This document shows positions 40,170-50,858 of a stretch of 64,000 nt of DNA, one piece after another. Within the stretch, counting starts at the first letter, position 1; every line of letters starts with the position of its first letter. The position numbers were made by a program, and so were the translations under genes. Source of the stretch: Candidatus Eiseniibacteriota bacterium (GTDB lineage Bacteria > Eisenbacteria > RBG-16-71-46); the NCBI GenBank assembly GCA_044223005.1, contig JBGAML010000006.1:128001-192000 (forward strand), in the 5' to 3' direction. A model generated the notes under the pieces. That model did no database searches. It saw only the letters and a program-made list of their open reading frames with translations, and was not told the DNA's origin.

Positions 40170-42032
40170 ATGACGTTGCCGGGCAGATTCAAGGCCGTCG
40201 GCATCGGCGTCACGGCGATCCTCGTGATCGCCGCGCGCACGATCCTCGGCGTGATGTTCCCGGAGTGGCTGCTCGGCCTCGCGCCCGAAGGGGCGCTGCC
40301 CATCACGCTCCGCGTCCTTGTCTGGAGTCTCGGAGGCGCCATCGCGTGCTTCGGCTTGTGGCGAGCTCGGACGCGATTGCTCGAGGCTGGGGGAACGCCT
40401 CGGGTGCCTGAGCTGCCCCAGTTGTGGTTCATGGGCTTATGCGTGGGCATGGCGCTCGCATTGCCGGACCGCACGCACTTCCTCGGCGATGCGATGCTTC
40501 GAAGTGGGGCGGTGGCCCGCGGCCTCTTGCTGCAGCACTTCCCGCAATCGCTCCCAGGCGACGTGTTCCTTCATCAGGACGTCCCAAGAACGCTGGCAGC
40601 AACCGGTCTCGGGCTTTGGCCGGCGCAGCGCGTCATCGGGGCGTGCGAGGCTTTCCTGCTTGGCTGGTCCGCCCTGAAGATCGCCAGAGCCGTTTCGCTG
40701 CCCCGTTCGCCGGACCTGCTGCTGATGGTCCCGCTTGTTGCACAGGGAACATTCGTGATGACGACCGCGATGGGGAAGGGCTGTACGGAGGTTGCGCTTG
40801 CAGGGATGGCCATGTTTGCGATGGGCATCGAACAGTCCAGAATTGGGCGGAAGAGCGCCGGGCCGGAGTTGGCACTGTTGGCGGCGCTCGCCATGCATCG
40901 GTCCGCCCTCGCTCTGCTCCCGATGTACCTGCTGCTCCGTTTCGATCGCGAAGGGCGTGATGGCTCGAGCGATCGCCGGAGCCGGATGATTCCCTTCGCC
41001 CAGCTGTTGCTCTTGATCGGCGGCTTCTGCCTGCTGCCACGATATGCGGCGACGATCGCCGGATTCGATGTTCCGCACCACCTGACCTCGGGTCGGCTGA
41101 ACCTGCTGCAGACCACACTGCTCAGGTTCTCGACGCCCCTCTGGTGGCTCGACAGGTTCAACGCTGTCGCGCTGGTGGCTCCCGCCGCGGGGCTGCTGCT
41201 TCTGGGCCCATTCGCGGCAAGGGTCTCGGCTCGCGAGCAGCGACTTGCCCTGTCCAGCATCATTGCTGCCGTGGGCATCATTCTGACCATCGAGCCACAA
41301 CAGGGATCATTCCGTGACTTGGACGTGTTCGTACCGAGCGGCGCCCTCATCACATGCGTTGCGGTCTGGCTCCTGGGCTTCGTATCGGAGTCCGCAAGTG
41401 GGCGGCTTCTCCGTTCCGCGGTGCTCGCGAACTCCGTGATGACGATCTTGGGCTATCTCCTCGTCATGACGATCCCGGCGTTTGGCTTGACTCGAATCGA
41501 GCGCATCGCTCAGGGTCCGCCGCACCGTGATCCCTCGGTACGGGCGCAGTTGTGGGAGACTCTCGGTGACCGCTACACACTCGATGGCGACAATGCGGCT
41601 GCGCTAGGCGCGTATCGACGAGCGCTACGAGAAGTCCCCTCGCCTCGGCGTGAGATGTCCGCCCTGGTGACGGCCGCCGCCGTCAGGGACCCTGAAGTGC
41701 TCCAATCCACCAGTCGCCTGTTGCTGGCCAGAGATTCACTGAACATCATTGGGCTGCTCGGCATGGCGAAGGCCGCCGAGTATTCATCCGGAGCGCGCCC
41801 AGCAAGCCCAGCTCGTGCGCGGCTCGACTCAGTACTGCATGCCTCGAGTCGCGCGCGTGCCCAGTGGGCGGCGACACTCTCCGCATTTCCGGCACTGACC
41901 CCATCGGATACGACGATGCCTGCCGCAATCCGGGCCTCGCGCAAGGCACCGAGGGCCCGCGGCATCGCCGCGGGCCCTCGTGCCGTTTCGCCGGCGCGGC
42001 CCGCTACGGCGCGAGCGCGAGCTTGCGCGTGA
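40170..42032 (+). CDS. Polytopic membrane protein with a C-terminal TPR-like region (possible GT-C-type glycosyltransferase)
   Basis: About 10 hydrophobic segments; HFLGD loop motif; W..LG..Y...G....A...Y..AL TPR motif; codon usage unlike flanking genes. Confidence 0.6.
   Translation: MTLPGRFKAVGIGVTAILVIAARTILGVMFPEWLLGLAPEGALPITLRVLVWSLGGAIACFGLWRARTRLLEAGGTPRVPELPQLWFMGLCVGMALALPDRTHFLGDAMLRSGAVARGLLLQHFPQSLPGDVFLHQDVPRTLAATGLGLWPAQRVIGACEAFLLGWSALKIARAVSLPRSPDLLLMVPLVAQGTFVMTTAMGKGCTEVALAGMAMFAMGIEQSRIGRKSAGPELALLAALAMHRSALALLPMYLLLRFDREGRDGSSDRRSRMIPFAQLLLLIGGFCLLPRYAATIAGFDVPHHLTSGRLNLLQTTLLRFSTPLWWLDRFNAVALVAPAAGLLLLGPFAARVSAREQRLALSSIIAAVGIILTIEPQQGSFRDLDVFVPSGALITCVAVWLLGFVSESASGRLLRSAVLANSVMTILGYLLVMTIPAFGLTRIERIAQGPPHRDPSVRAQLWETLGDRYTLDGDNAAALGAYRRALREVPSPRREMSALVTAAAVRDPEVLQSTSRLLLARDSLNIIGLLGMAKAAEYSSGARPASPARARLDSVLHASSRARAQWAATLSAFPALTPSDTTMPAAIRASRKAPRARGIAAGPRAVSPARPATARARACA
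41950..41980. terminator. Hairpin at the convergent junction
   Basis: CGAGGGCCCGCGGC-atc-GCCGCGGGCCCTCG. Confidence 0.6.
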
Positions 42033-44079
42033 TCGTGCCGGCGTCGCTCGCGATGCGCACCAGGTAGACGCCCGCGCCGAGGGAACGGCCGGCGTCGTCG
42101 CGCAGGTCCCACGTGCGTGCGTGCGTGCCGGCGGCGAACGTGCCGCTCGCGAGTCGGCGCACGCGCCGGCCCGTCACGTCGTGCACCGTCACCTCGGCGC
42201 GCCCAGCGTGCGGCAGCGTGAAGCGCACCTGGCCCTCGCGGTTCGCGGGGTTGGGGCCCACCGCCAGCGCGAGCGCGCCGGCTACCGGCACCTCCACCCA
42301 CACGGGCTCCGACGTCGCGCGCTGACCGCCCGCGCTCCACGCGAGCCGGTAGCCGACGCGGGTTCCGGCGGGCGCCGCGGCGTCGGTGAGGGTGACGCGG
42401 CCGTCCGTGCCGGGCGCGGGGCGCGCGATCTCGCTCCAGGCGCCCGCGAGATCGCCGCGCTCGACCGCGAGATTCGTGGCGCCGTCGAGCGCGACCTGCC
42501 AGGCGAGGTGCACGCCGTCCGCGGCCACCTCCGCGCTCAGCAGCGAGACCGTGGTCGCGACCGGGCCGTCCGTCAGCACGCGCTGCGCGTACACGGTGCT
42601 GCCCCAGCCACCGTCCGCGTGGCGCGCGTCGTTCCACGCCACGATCACGCCGGCGTCCGAGCGCGTGGCCGCCGTGAACCCGTACGCGATGCCGCTCGAG
42701 GCCAACGCTTGTCCATTCGCGGGCCAGCCGCTCGCCGGCTGGCCGTTCGCGTCCAACTCGCGCACGACCACGGCGGTCGCCCCGGTCGGACTGGGGTCGA
42801 CATGGTAGGTCGCGAACGCTCCGTGCGCGTCGTCCACGGCGAGCGCGCCGCTCGAGTAGTAGGTGCCGAGCGGGCGAGCGTCGAGCGCAAGCCCGTCGAG
42901 CGGCCAGCCCGGCTGCGGCTGGCCGTCGCTCGCGAGCCGGTGCAGCACGTTCTGCCGAGTCGACCTTCCGCCACTCGTCGAACGCAGCAGGTAGAGCCCA
43001 CCCGTGCCGTCGCCCTGCGCGCCGAACAGGTCCCCGAACTGGTTCATCTCGCCCAGCACGCGCCCCTCGGCGGGAGTGCCCGCGACGAGCGATCCCTCCG
43101 CCGCGAGATGCGAGACCCGTGCGGCTGCGGTGTTCGCCACGAGGCCCTGCTCGCACCACACCACCCACACGCCACCCATACCGTCCACGCGGAGCCGCGG
43201 CCGGGTGGGCTCGGTCAGCGGTCCACTGGTCCGCACACCGCCCGCCGGCCATGCCGGATCGAGCGTGCCGTCGCCGCGGATGCGCTGTACGTAGACATCG
43301 CGGCTCTGCAGGCCGCCGACCCAGTTGCGGTTGTCGACCCACGCGACGAACGCGCCGCCGGTGCCGTCGCCGGCCACGGCGAACCCGGCGGACTCGATCG
43401 CCTGCCCCGGGGGCGCGAGCGTCGCCTCGGGCCAGAGCGACACGCCATTCGCGTCGAATCGCGTCGCCACGAGCGGTAACGCCGGGCGCGGGTCCGGAGG
43501 CGAAGAAGCGCCGAGGCCCACCGACGCGAACACGAGTCCGCCGGTGCCGTCCGCGTCGACCGCGGCCTGCTGGGCGTTCAGCAGGCCGAAGGGTGACGCG
43601 CCGAGCGCCCGGACCGCGCCGGTCGCGGAGACGTGATAGACCTGCACGTCGTTCACGAAGTCGCCGACGATGCCCTGCTGCAGTGTCACGACGAACGCGC
43701 CCTGCGCACCGTCGGGGAATGAGCCGATGACGCCGGCGGAGAAGGTCGGCCCGAAGCTCATCGGATTCCACCCGACGAGCTGGCGGCCCGCGGCGGGCCA
43801 GCCGGCCGCGATGTTCCCGTCGCGGTCGATCCGCTGGGTTTCGATTCGCTCGTAGAGGTAGTCGGCGACCGTCACGTTCGTCTCGTGAAGCCACGTGAGG
43901 ATCGTGCCGCCGGCACCGTCGGCCGTGGCCGCGACGAGGGAATAGGAATCGTACTGCGGGGGCAGCGGCGAGACGCGCGTGCCGCCCGGCTGCCACGCGG
44001 CGAGTGCCGTGGCGGGGGAGAGCGCGACCGAGATCGCAAGAGTAAGGAGGGAGGCCACGAAGCTCGACGAAGGGCGCAT
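42004..44079 (-). CDS. Secreted beta-propeller repeat protein with a FlgD/T9SS-like CTD (same family as 2520..4976)
   Basis: Signal peptide ending ALA; about eight DGxGG...W repeats with GWP..G turns; PNP...HDVTGR.VR.L...WD..D..G....AGVY...RKLALAP. Confidence 0.85.
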   Translation of the reverse strand: MRPSSSFVASLLTLAISVALSPATALAAWQPGGTRVSPLPPQYDSYSLVAATADGAGGTILTWLHETNVTVADYLYERIETQRIDRDGNIAAGWPAAGRQLVGWNPMSFGPTFSAGVIGSFPDGAQGAFVVTLQQGIVGDFVNDVQVYHVSATGAVRALGASPFGLLNAQQAAVDADGTGGLVFASVGLGASSPPDPRPALPLVATRFDANGVSLWPEATLAPPGQAIESAGFAVAGDGTGGAFVAWVDNRNWVGGLQSRDVYVQRIRGDGTLDPAWPAGGVRTSGPLTEPTRPRLRVDGMGGVWVVWCEQGLVANTAAARVSHLAAEGSLVAGTPAEGRVLGEMNQFGDLFGAQGDGTGGLYLLRSTSGGRSTRQNVLHRLASDGQPQPGWPLDGLALDARPLGTYYSSGALAVDDAHGAFATYHVDPSPTGATAVVVRELDANGQPASGWPANGQALASSGIAYGFTAATRSDAGVIVAWNDARHADGGWGSTVYAQRVLTDGPVATTVSLLSAEVAADGVHLAWQVALDGATNLAVERGDLAGAWSEIARPAPGTDGRVTLTDAAAPAGTRVGYRLAWSAGGQRATSEPVWVEVPVAGALALAVGPNPANREGQVRFTLPHAGRAEVTVHDVTGRRVRRLASGTFAAGTHARTWDLRDDAGRSLGAGVYLVRIASDAGTITRKLALAP

Positions 44080-44352
44080 GGGCTTTTCCGGAAGCGGTGG
44101 GTCGTGGGGGGACCGCTCAAGAGGGTAGACCCCGAACCGCGCCTCGGCCACGAGAGCCCGGCGCCCCGTGCCCTCGCGGGCGTTCGCGCGGCTTTCGGGC
44201 ATGCAGCGGAATCGGGTCGGGCCCCGAGTTCGCACGCTTCGCATGAGGTGGCCCGACGCGATGCGAGGGCGGTGGCACCACGCCCCGCAGGTCCCGTCCC
44301 GGCATGGCGTTGCGCCGAACGGACCGGTTCCCCGAGAGGTGGCCGAATTGGG

Positions 44353-44380
44353 TTGACCGACCGGAGTGCCTCCGTATACT
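44353..44380 (+). promoter_or_regulatory. Near-consensus sigma70 promoter for the acidic mini-protein
   Basis: TTGACC, 16 nt spacer, TATACT. Confidence 0.7.
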
Positions 44381-44494
44381 GCGCGTGCTTTCGGGAGCCA
44401 GCCCGCGAACGTGCGGGTTCGTTCGGTGCCGGCGTGATGCACGCGACGGTCACGAACGAAGTGTATCGCCGACCCCCGGCCAACAGAGGGTGAC

Positions 44495-44728
44495 ATGAAG
44501 CGCAAGAAGGGCGAAGGCGACGACAACTTCGACGTCTTCGATGACGACGAAGTCGAAGAGTACGACGAGGAAGAGACCGACGACGAGGATGGCGAGCTGT
44601 ACGACGACGACGAGCTCGACGACGAGTTCAGCGACGAAGACGCCGACTTCGACGAGGATTTCGAGGGCGAAGACGGACTCGACGAAGAAGAGGACGATTT
44701 CGACGAGCTCGTCGACGACGACGAGTAA
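44495..44728 (+). CDS. Hyper-acidic 77-aa protein (MKRKK followed by a D/E tract)
   Basis: AGAGGG RBS; upstream promoter; host-like GAC/GAG codons; 48 of 77 residues are D or E. Confidence 0.75.
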   Translation: MKRKKGEGDDNFDVFDDDEVEEYDEEETDDEDGELYDDDELDDEFSDEDADFDEDFEGEDGLDEEEDDFDELVDDDE

Positions 44729-44921
44729 GCGCATCGAATAGTCCCTGGTTCATCTGCAGCATCTGCGCTCGAGGTCCCCGACGCCCGGCTCCAGGGCCGG
44801 CGCGAAACCGGGCCGCTGCGCGGCGCCCGCCGCGCAGGAGCGACGCCGCTTCGAGCCCCGGCCGGTGCCACCGGCCGGGGCGTCGCGTTCCCGGGCGCCT
44901 CGCGCCCTCCAAGGAGATCCC

Positions 44922-46106
44922 GTGAGCTTGCCGACCGCCCGACTGCTGCTGAAGCGCGGAGAAGACCGCCGCGTGCGTGGCGGACATCCGTGGATCTTCA
45001 GCAACGAGATCGACGCATTGGAGGGCGAGGTCGAGAACGGCGGCCTGGTCGAAGTCGCCGACCAGCGCGGCGCGTTCCTCGGCATCGCCTACGTGAACCG
45101 GCGCAGCCTGATCGCGGCGCGGCTGCTGACGCGCGGACGCGATCCGATCGACGCGGCGTTCTTCGCCCGCCGGCTCGAGCGCGCGAAGGCGTTCCGGGCA
45201 CAGGCCTGCCCGGGCGACGAGGCCGTACGGCTCGTCTACGGCGAGTCGGACCAGCTGCCGGGGCTCGTGATCGACCGCTACGGCGACGTGCTCGCGGTGC
45301 AGGTGCTCACGCTGGGGATCGAGGCGCAGTTGGACGCGGTGCGCGAGGCGATCGAGCAGGTGATCGCGCCGCGCGGCGTGGTCTACGTGGGCGACTCGCC
45401 GCTGCGCGAACTGGAAGGGCTTCCGCTTCGGCGCGAGGCGTGGTGGGGCGACGTGCCCGAGCGCCTCGCGGTGAACGTGAGCGGCTTCGGGCTCGAGGTC
45501 GACCTGGTCGGTGGCCAGAAGACCGGGCTCTTCCTCGACCAGCGCCGCAACCGCGCGCTGGCGGAAGCACGCGCGCACGGCCGCAAGGCGCTGGACGTGT
45601 TCTGCTACCAGGGCGAGTGGGCCATGCACATGGCGCGTGGCGGCGCCGAGAGCGTGCTGGCGATCGATTCGAGCGAGCCCGCGCTGGCGCTGGCGCGAGC
45701 CAACGCCGAGCGCGCCGGCTTCGCGGACCGGATCGGCTTCGTGCGCGGCACGGCGTTCGAGGAGTTGCGCAAGCTCGAGCGCGAGGGGGCGCACTTCGGG
45801 ATCGTGGTGCTCGACCCGCCGGCGCTCATCAAGGCGCGGCGCCAGATCGCGAACGGCGCGCGCGCCTACCGCGAGCTCAACCGCGCGGCGATGGCGCTGC
45901 TCGAGCGCGACGGCGTGCTGGTGACCTGCACGTGCAGCCATCACCTGGACGACGCGCTCTTCCGCCAGGTGCTGCTGGAGGCGGCGCGCCAGGCGCGGCG
46001 CCCGATGCGGCTGCTCGAGTGGACCGCCGAGGCCCCGGACCATCCGCAGCTCCTCGCGGTGCCGGAGACGCACTACCTGAAGTGCGCGGTGCTGCAGGCG
46101 CTCTGA
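44922..46106 (+). CDS. rlmI: RlmI/RlmK-family SAM-dependent rRNA methyltransferase
   Basis: GHPWIFSNEI PUA domain, GESD.LPGLVIDRY, GQKTGLFLDQR.NR, LDPP, DHP...PET.YLK. Confidence 0.9.
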   Translation: MSLPTARLLLKRGEDRRVRGGHPWIFSNEIDALEGEVENGGLVEVADQRGAFLGIAYVNRRSLIAARLLTRGRDPIDAAFFARRLERAKAFRAQACPGDEAVRLVYGESDQLPGLVIDRYGDVLAVQVLTLGIEAQLDAVREAIEQVIAPRGVVYVGDSPLRELEGLPLRREAWWGDVPERLAVNVSGFGLEVDLVGGQKTGLFLDQRRNRALAEARAHGRKALDVFCYQGEWAMHMARGGAESVLAIDSSEPALALARANAERAGFADRIGFVRGTAFEELRKLEREGAHFGIVVLDPPALIKARRQIANGARAYRELNRAAMALLERDGVLVTCTCSHHLDDALFRQVLLEAARQARRPMRLLEWTAEAPDHPQLLAVPETHYLKCAVLQAL

Positions 46107-46113
46107 CGCCACC

Positions 46114-46157
46114 ACGCGAACGGCGCGCGGCCCCACGGGGTCGCGCGCCGTTCGCGT
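46114..46157. terminator. Long hairpin between convergent rlmI and DUF1844 genes
   Basis: 20-bp stem ACGCGAACGGCGCGCGGCCC / GGGTCGCGCGCCGTTCGCGT (one G-U pair). Confidence 0.75.
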
Positions 46158-46190
46158 TTCGGGCCGCGGAGCCTCCCCGCGGCCGGGCGT

Positions 46191-46466
46191 TCAGGCGCCC
46201 TTCTTCACCTCGTCCACGTAGTTCATCCGCAGGTCGGTCAGCACCTGCGTGAGCACGCGCTGCTCGTCGGGCTCGAGGTTGCCGCGGGTGCGCGACTCGA
46301 TCGCCGACAGCGTGTCGATCGTGTTCTTGGCGGCTTCGAGGTTGCGCTCGATCTTGCCGCTGACGGGGTTCATGAGCTTGCCGAGGCCGACCATGGCGGC
46401 CTGCTGGAGCCCGAGGACCAGCTGCAGGAACAGCGCGGCTTCGCGCGAGGGATTCGATTCGCTCAC
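46191..46466 (-). CDS. DUF1844 family protein
   Basis: F..LV..L...A...LG...NP......NL..A...ID.L......TRGNL...E...L...L..LRM.YV pattern. Confidence 0.85.
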   Translation of the reverse strand: MSESNPSREAALFLQLVLGLQQAAMVGLGKLMNPVSGKIERNLEAAKNTIDTLSAIESRTRGNLEPDEQRVLTQVLTDLRMNYVDEVKKGA

Positions 46467-47299
46467 GGCTTCTCTCCGGGTGCCGGCGTGGCCGGTGTGG
46501 AACGGGAGAGGCGCTTCGCCTCTTCCCACAGGGCGTCCATCTCTTCGAGCGTGGATTCCACCGGCGTGCGCCCACGTTCGGCCAGGCGCTTCTCGATGTG
46601 GCGGAACCGCTCGCGGAATCGGTGCGAGGTCGCACGCAGCTCGCGCTCGGGGTCGATGCGCAGCTTGCGCGCGAGGTTGGTGACGGCGAAGAGCAGGTCG
46701 CCGATCTCACGCGCGGTCTCGGGGCTGGTGTCGCCGCCGTCCTGCGCGAGCTCGTGCTCGATCTCGAGCTGCTCCTCGCGCACCTTCTTCATCGCGCCCT
46801 CGACGTCGGGCCAGTCGAACCCGACCGCGGCCGCCTTCTCCTGCAGCCGGAACGCGGCCACCAGCGCGGGCAGGCCCTTGGGCTGCTCGCCCAGGAGCGA
46901 GGCCTCGGGCTGACCGGCCTTTTCGGCCTTCTTGATCTCCTGCCACTGCTGGTAGGCGCGCGCGCCGTCGGCGACGACGGCGTCGCCGTAGACGTGCGGG
47001 TGCCGGCGGATCAGCTTCTCGGCCGCGCGATCGAGCGCTTCGGCCACGCCGAGCCCGGTCTTCTCGCCCAGCAGCTCGAGGCAGAAGATCACCAGGAAGC
47101 CGAGGTCACCGAGTTCCTCGGCGGAGTGGTCGGCGTCCCCGGAGGCGATCGCCTCGACGGATTCGACGGCCTCCTCGGTCAGGTAGGGCGTCATCGTCTC
47201 CAGCGTCTGCTCGCGGTCCCACGGGCAGCCGTCCGGGCCGCGCAGGCGCCGGCAGACGCCGAGCAGCTTCTCGAAGGCTTCGCGTTCGGTGAGTGCCAT
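46463..47299 (-). CDS. mazG: Nucleoside triphosphate pyrophosphohydrolase
   Basis: LR.PDGCPWDREQT, EELGD, KLIRRHPHVYG, GFDW, EIGDLLF, MDALWEEAK. Confidence 0.96.
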   Translation of the reverse strand: MALTEREAFEKLLGVCRRLRGPDGCPWDREQTLETMTPYLTEEAVESVEAIASGDADHSAEELGDLGFLVIFCLELLGEKTGLGVAEALDRAAEKLIRRHPHVYGDAVVADGARAYQQWQEIKKAEKAGQPEASLLGEQPKGLPALVAAFRLQEKAAAVGFDWPDVEGAMKKVREEQLEIEHELAQDGGDTSPETAREIGDLLFAVTNLARKLRIDPERELRATSHRFRERFRHIEKRLAERGRTPVESTLEEMDALWEEAKRLSRSTPATPAPGEKP

Positions 47300-47352
47300 G
47301 CGCGGAACGATAGCCGAATCGGACGGCGCGTGCGACGCGCCGCGGGGCGGCT

Positions 47353-47826
47353 TCAGCCGCGCAGGGGGCGGGCCGCGAGCGCGCCGTGCAACACCGTGCG
47401 CAGCTCTTCGTGCGCGAGCGGACGCACCGCGACGTAGTAGGGGCGCACGGCCTGCGCGCGCGTGCGCATCTCGATCGAGCCGTCGGACGTGACGAGCACG
47501 ATCGGTACGCGTGGCGCCGATCGGCGGAGCAACTGCATGAGCTTCAGGCGCTCGTCGTCGAGGCGGGGGAGCGAGGTCACGACGACGTCGAAGGACGTCT
47601 CGGCGGTTTCACGCAGCGCGTCGGCGAGCGAGTGCAGCGCGGTCACCTCGAAGCCCAGGTCGCGCAGGTCGTCGCCGATGGGCCGGGGCGCGGCCGGATC
47701 GCATTCGCAGGCGAGCACGCGCGTCGACCGGGCGATGCGCTTCGCGGCGACCCGTCTCCGCTTCGCCTGCTGCGAAGGATTCGCCCGCTTGGGCGATCCT
47801 GCCTTCTTTCTCTCGGCGGGGCTCAT
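47353..47826 (-). CDS. Single-domain pseudo-receiver protein
   Basis: CheY-like beta/alpha pattern (RVLAC...GFEV...FDVVVTS...VPIVLVT...RPL..EEL) with Ser at the phospho-Asp position and RP in place of KP. Confidence 0.7.
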   Translation of the reverse strand: MSPAERKKAGSPKRANPSQQAKRRRVAAKRIARSTRVLACECDPAAPRPIGDDLRDLGFEVTALHSLADALRETAETSFDVVVTSLPRLDDERLKLMQLLRRSAPRVPIVLVTSDGSIEMRTRAQAVRPYYVAVRPLAHEELRTVLHGALAARPLRG

Positions 47827-48196
47827 GCCTCGGAGGTAAAGAAAAGGCGCGGCGTCACGGTCCATCCTCCCCGCTCGGAAGAGACGGTTGGGGCGTCAGC
47901 TTCCGCGCGTGCACGTGAGCGCCGCGCCGAATAACGGAATCCCGGAGGATTCCGGAGAACTTGTGCGGCAACCGCCGCGGCCACCAGCTCATGAAACCAG
48001 CCGGGCCGCCCCAGCTCGCAGGGTTCGGTTGCCGCTCGGAAGAACGGGAACGCAAGAGGCGGGCCGACTTTGGTCGACCCGCCCATGACGCCGTATCTCT
48101 AGGGGAAATCGTGGTGATGCGCTGTTTCACACCGCGTAGGTGACGCTGCCCGTTGTGTTTCCGCTGTCAGAGTGACAGCCGGGGTCTGTCGGGCTG

Positions 48197-49559
<1,363 letters not shown>

Positions 49560-49567
<8 letters not shown>

Positions 49568-50723
49568 TTTCGCCTCCACTCCCTTGCGTGGGCAGCGTCA
49601 CCCGGAAGCGGGCGCCGTGGCCGGGGGAACTCTCGACCTCCACGCGCCCGCCGTGACGATCCACGGCTCGCTGCGTGATCGACAGGCCCAGGCCCGTGCC
49701 CTGGCCCACCGGTTTGGTCGTGAAGAAGGGGTCCCAGATGCGGTGCAGGTGCTCGGCCGCGATGCCGGGGCCGTCGTCCTGCACCTCGAGGGTCACGCGG
49801 TCGTCGCCGAGCCGCGCGGTGCGGACCGCGAGGTGGCCGCCCGTGCCCATGGCCTGGACCGCGTTCATGCACAGGTTCATCACCACGCCGCGCAGGCCGC
49901 CCTCGCGGCCCCAGACGGGCGGGAGGTCGGCGGCGAGGTCGGCCGTGGTCTCGATGTGCTGGCGCCGGGTCGCGAACGAGAGCAGCGCGAGCGTGTCGCG
50001 CACCGCGCGGTTCAAGTCGACCCACACGGGCTTGGCGGCGTACGGCTGGCCGAGCAGCAGCAGCTTGTCGGTGGTCTCGCGGCACCGCCGCGTCTCCTGC
50101 TCGAGCAGCGCGAGCACTTCGGACACGTCGCGGTGCTCCGAGACCGGCAGGTCGGCACGGCCGACCCAGCGCTGCAGGCTTTCGACGCCCGCGAGGATCG
50201 ACGCGAGCGGATTGTTGATCTCGTGCGCGACGCCGGCCGCGAGCAGGCCCAGCGAGGCGAGCCGCTCGTTGTGCGAGAGCTGGGCCTCGAGCTTGGAGCG
50301 CTCCGTGACGTCGCGCCACACCTCGACGACGAGCGTCACCTCGCCCTGCTCGTCGAGCACCGGGTTGAGCGTCGCCTCCCAGCGCCGCTGCTGCCCGGTC
50401 GAATCCGGGATCACCTGCAGCGCGCGCCGCGGCTGCCGCGTGCGCGCGATCTCGCAGACGATGCACTCGCCGTTGGCGTCGCCGGTGCCCTTGAGGCACG
50501 TGCCGGCACGCGGGCACGCCGAGGACTGCAGCGGCCGGCCGGCCAGCCCGAACGCGTCGTCGAAGCGCCGGTTGGACGCGACGATCGCGCCGCGGCGGTC
50601 GACGACGACGACGGCGTCGCTGATCGCGTCGAGCAGCCGCGGTAGCGCCTGGCCGAACGCGTCGGCGTCGCTCGGCACGTGCGCGGAAGTCTCGGGGGCG
50701 GGATCGGGTCGGGTCTCGGACAT
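49560..50723 (-). CDS. Cytoplasmic PAS-domain histidine kinase
   Basis: PAS domain; LAAGVAHEINNPL H-box; NL.MNA, D.GPGI, PFFTTK, GTGLGL boxes; no TM segment. Confidence 0.93.
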
Positions 50724-50858
50724 GGCTCCTGTCGTCTCGTCAGGCCGTGGGAGGTACCCGACAAATTGACACACCCTCCGTGGGCTGTCACGAACGCATC
50801 GAGGCCGCCGATCGCGGGATCGGCGGCCTCGTCGCGACTTGCGCGCGCGGCAGGCGCG

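Noticed and set aside
39899..44100. Prophage or integrative element at tRNA-Asp
   Set aside because: No integrase, phage genes or att-like duplication seen.
44450..44734. Hydrophobic minus-strand ORF opposite the acidic mini-protein
   Set aside because: It is the antisense mirror of GAC/GAG codons; the promoter and RBS support the + strand.
47968..47983. Possible sigma54 promoter on the minus strand, TGGCCGCGGCGGTTGC
   Set aside because: GG-to-GC spacing is 11 nt instead of the strict 10, so it was not called.
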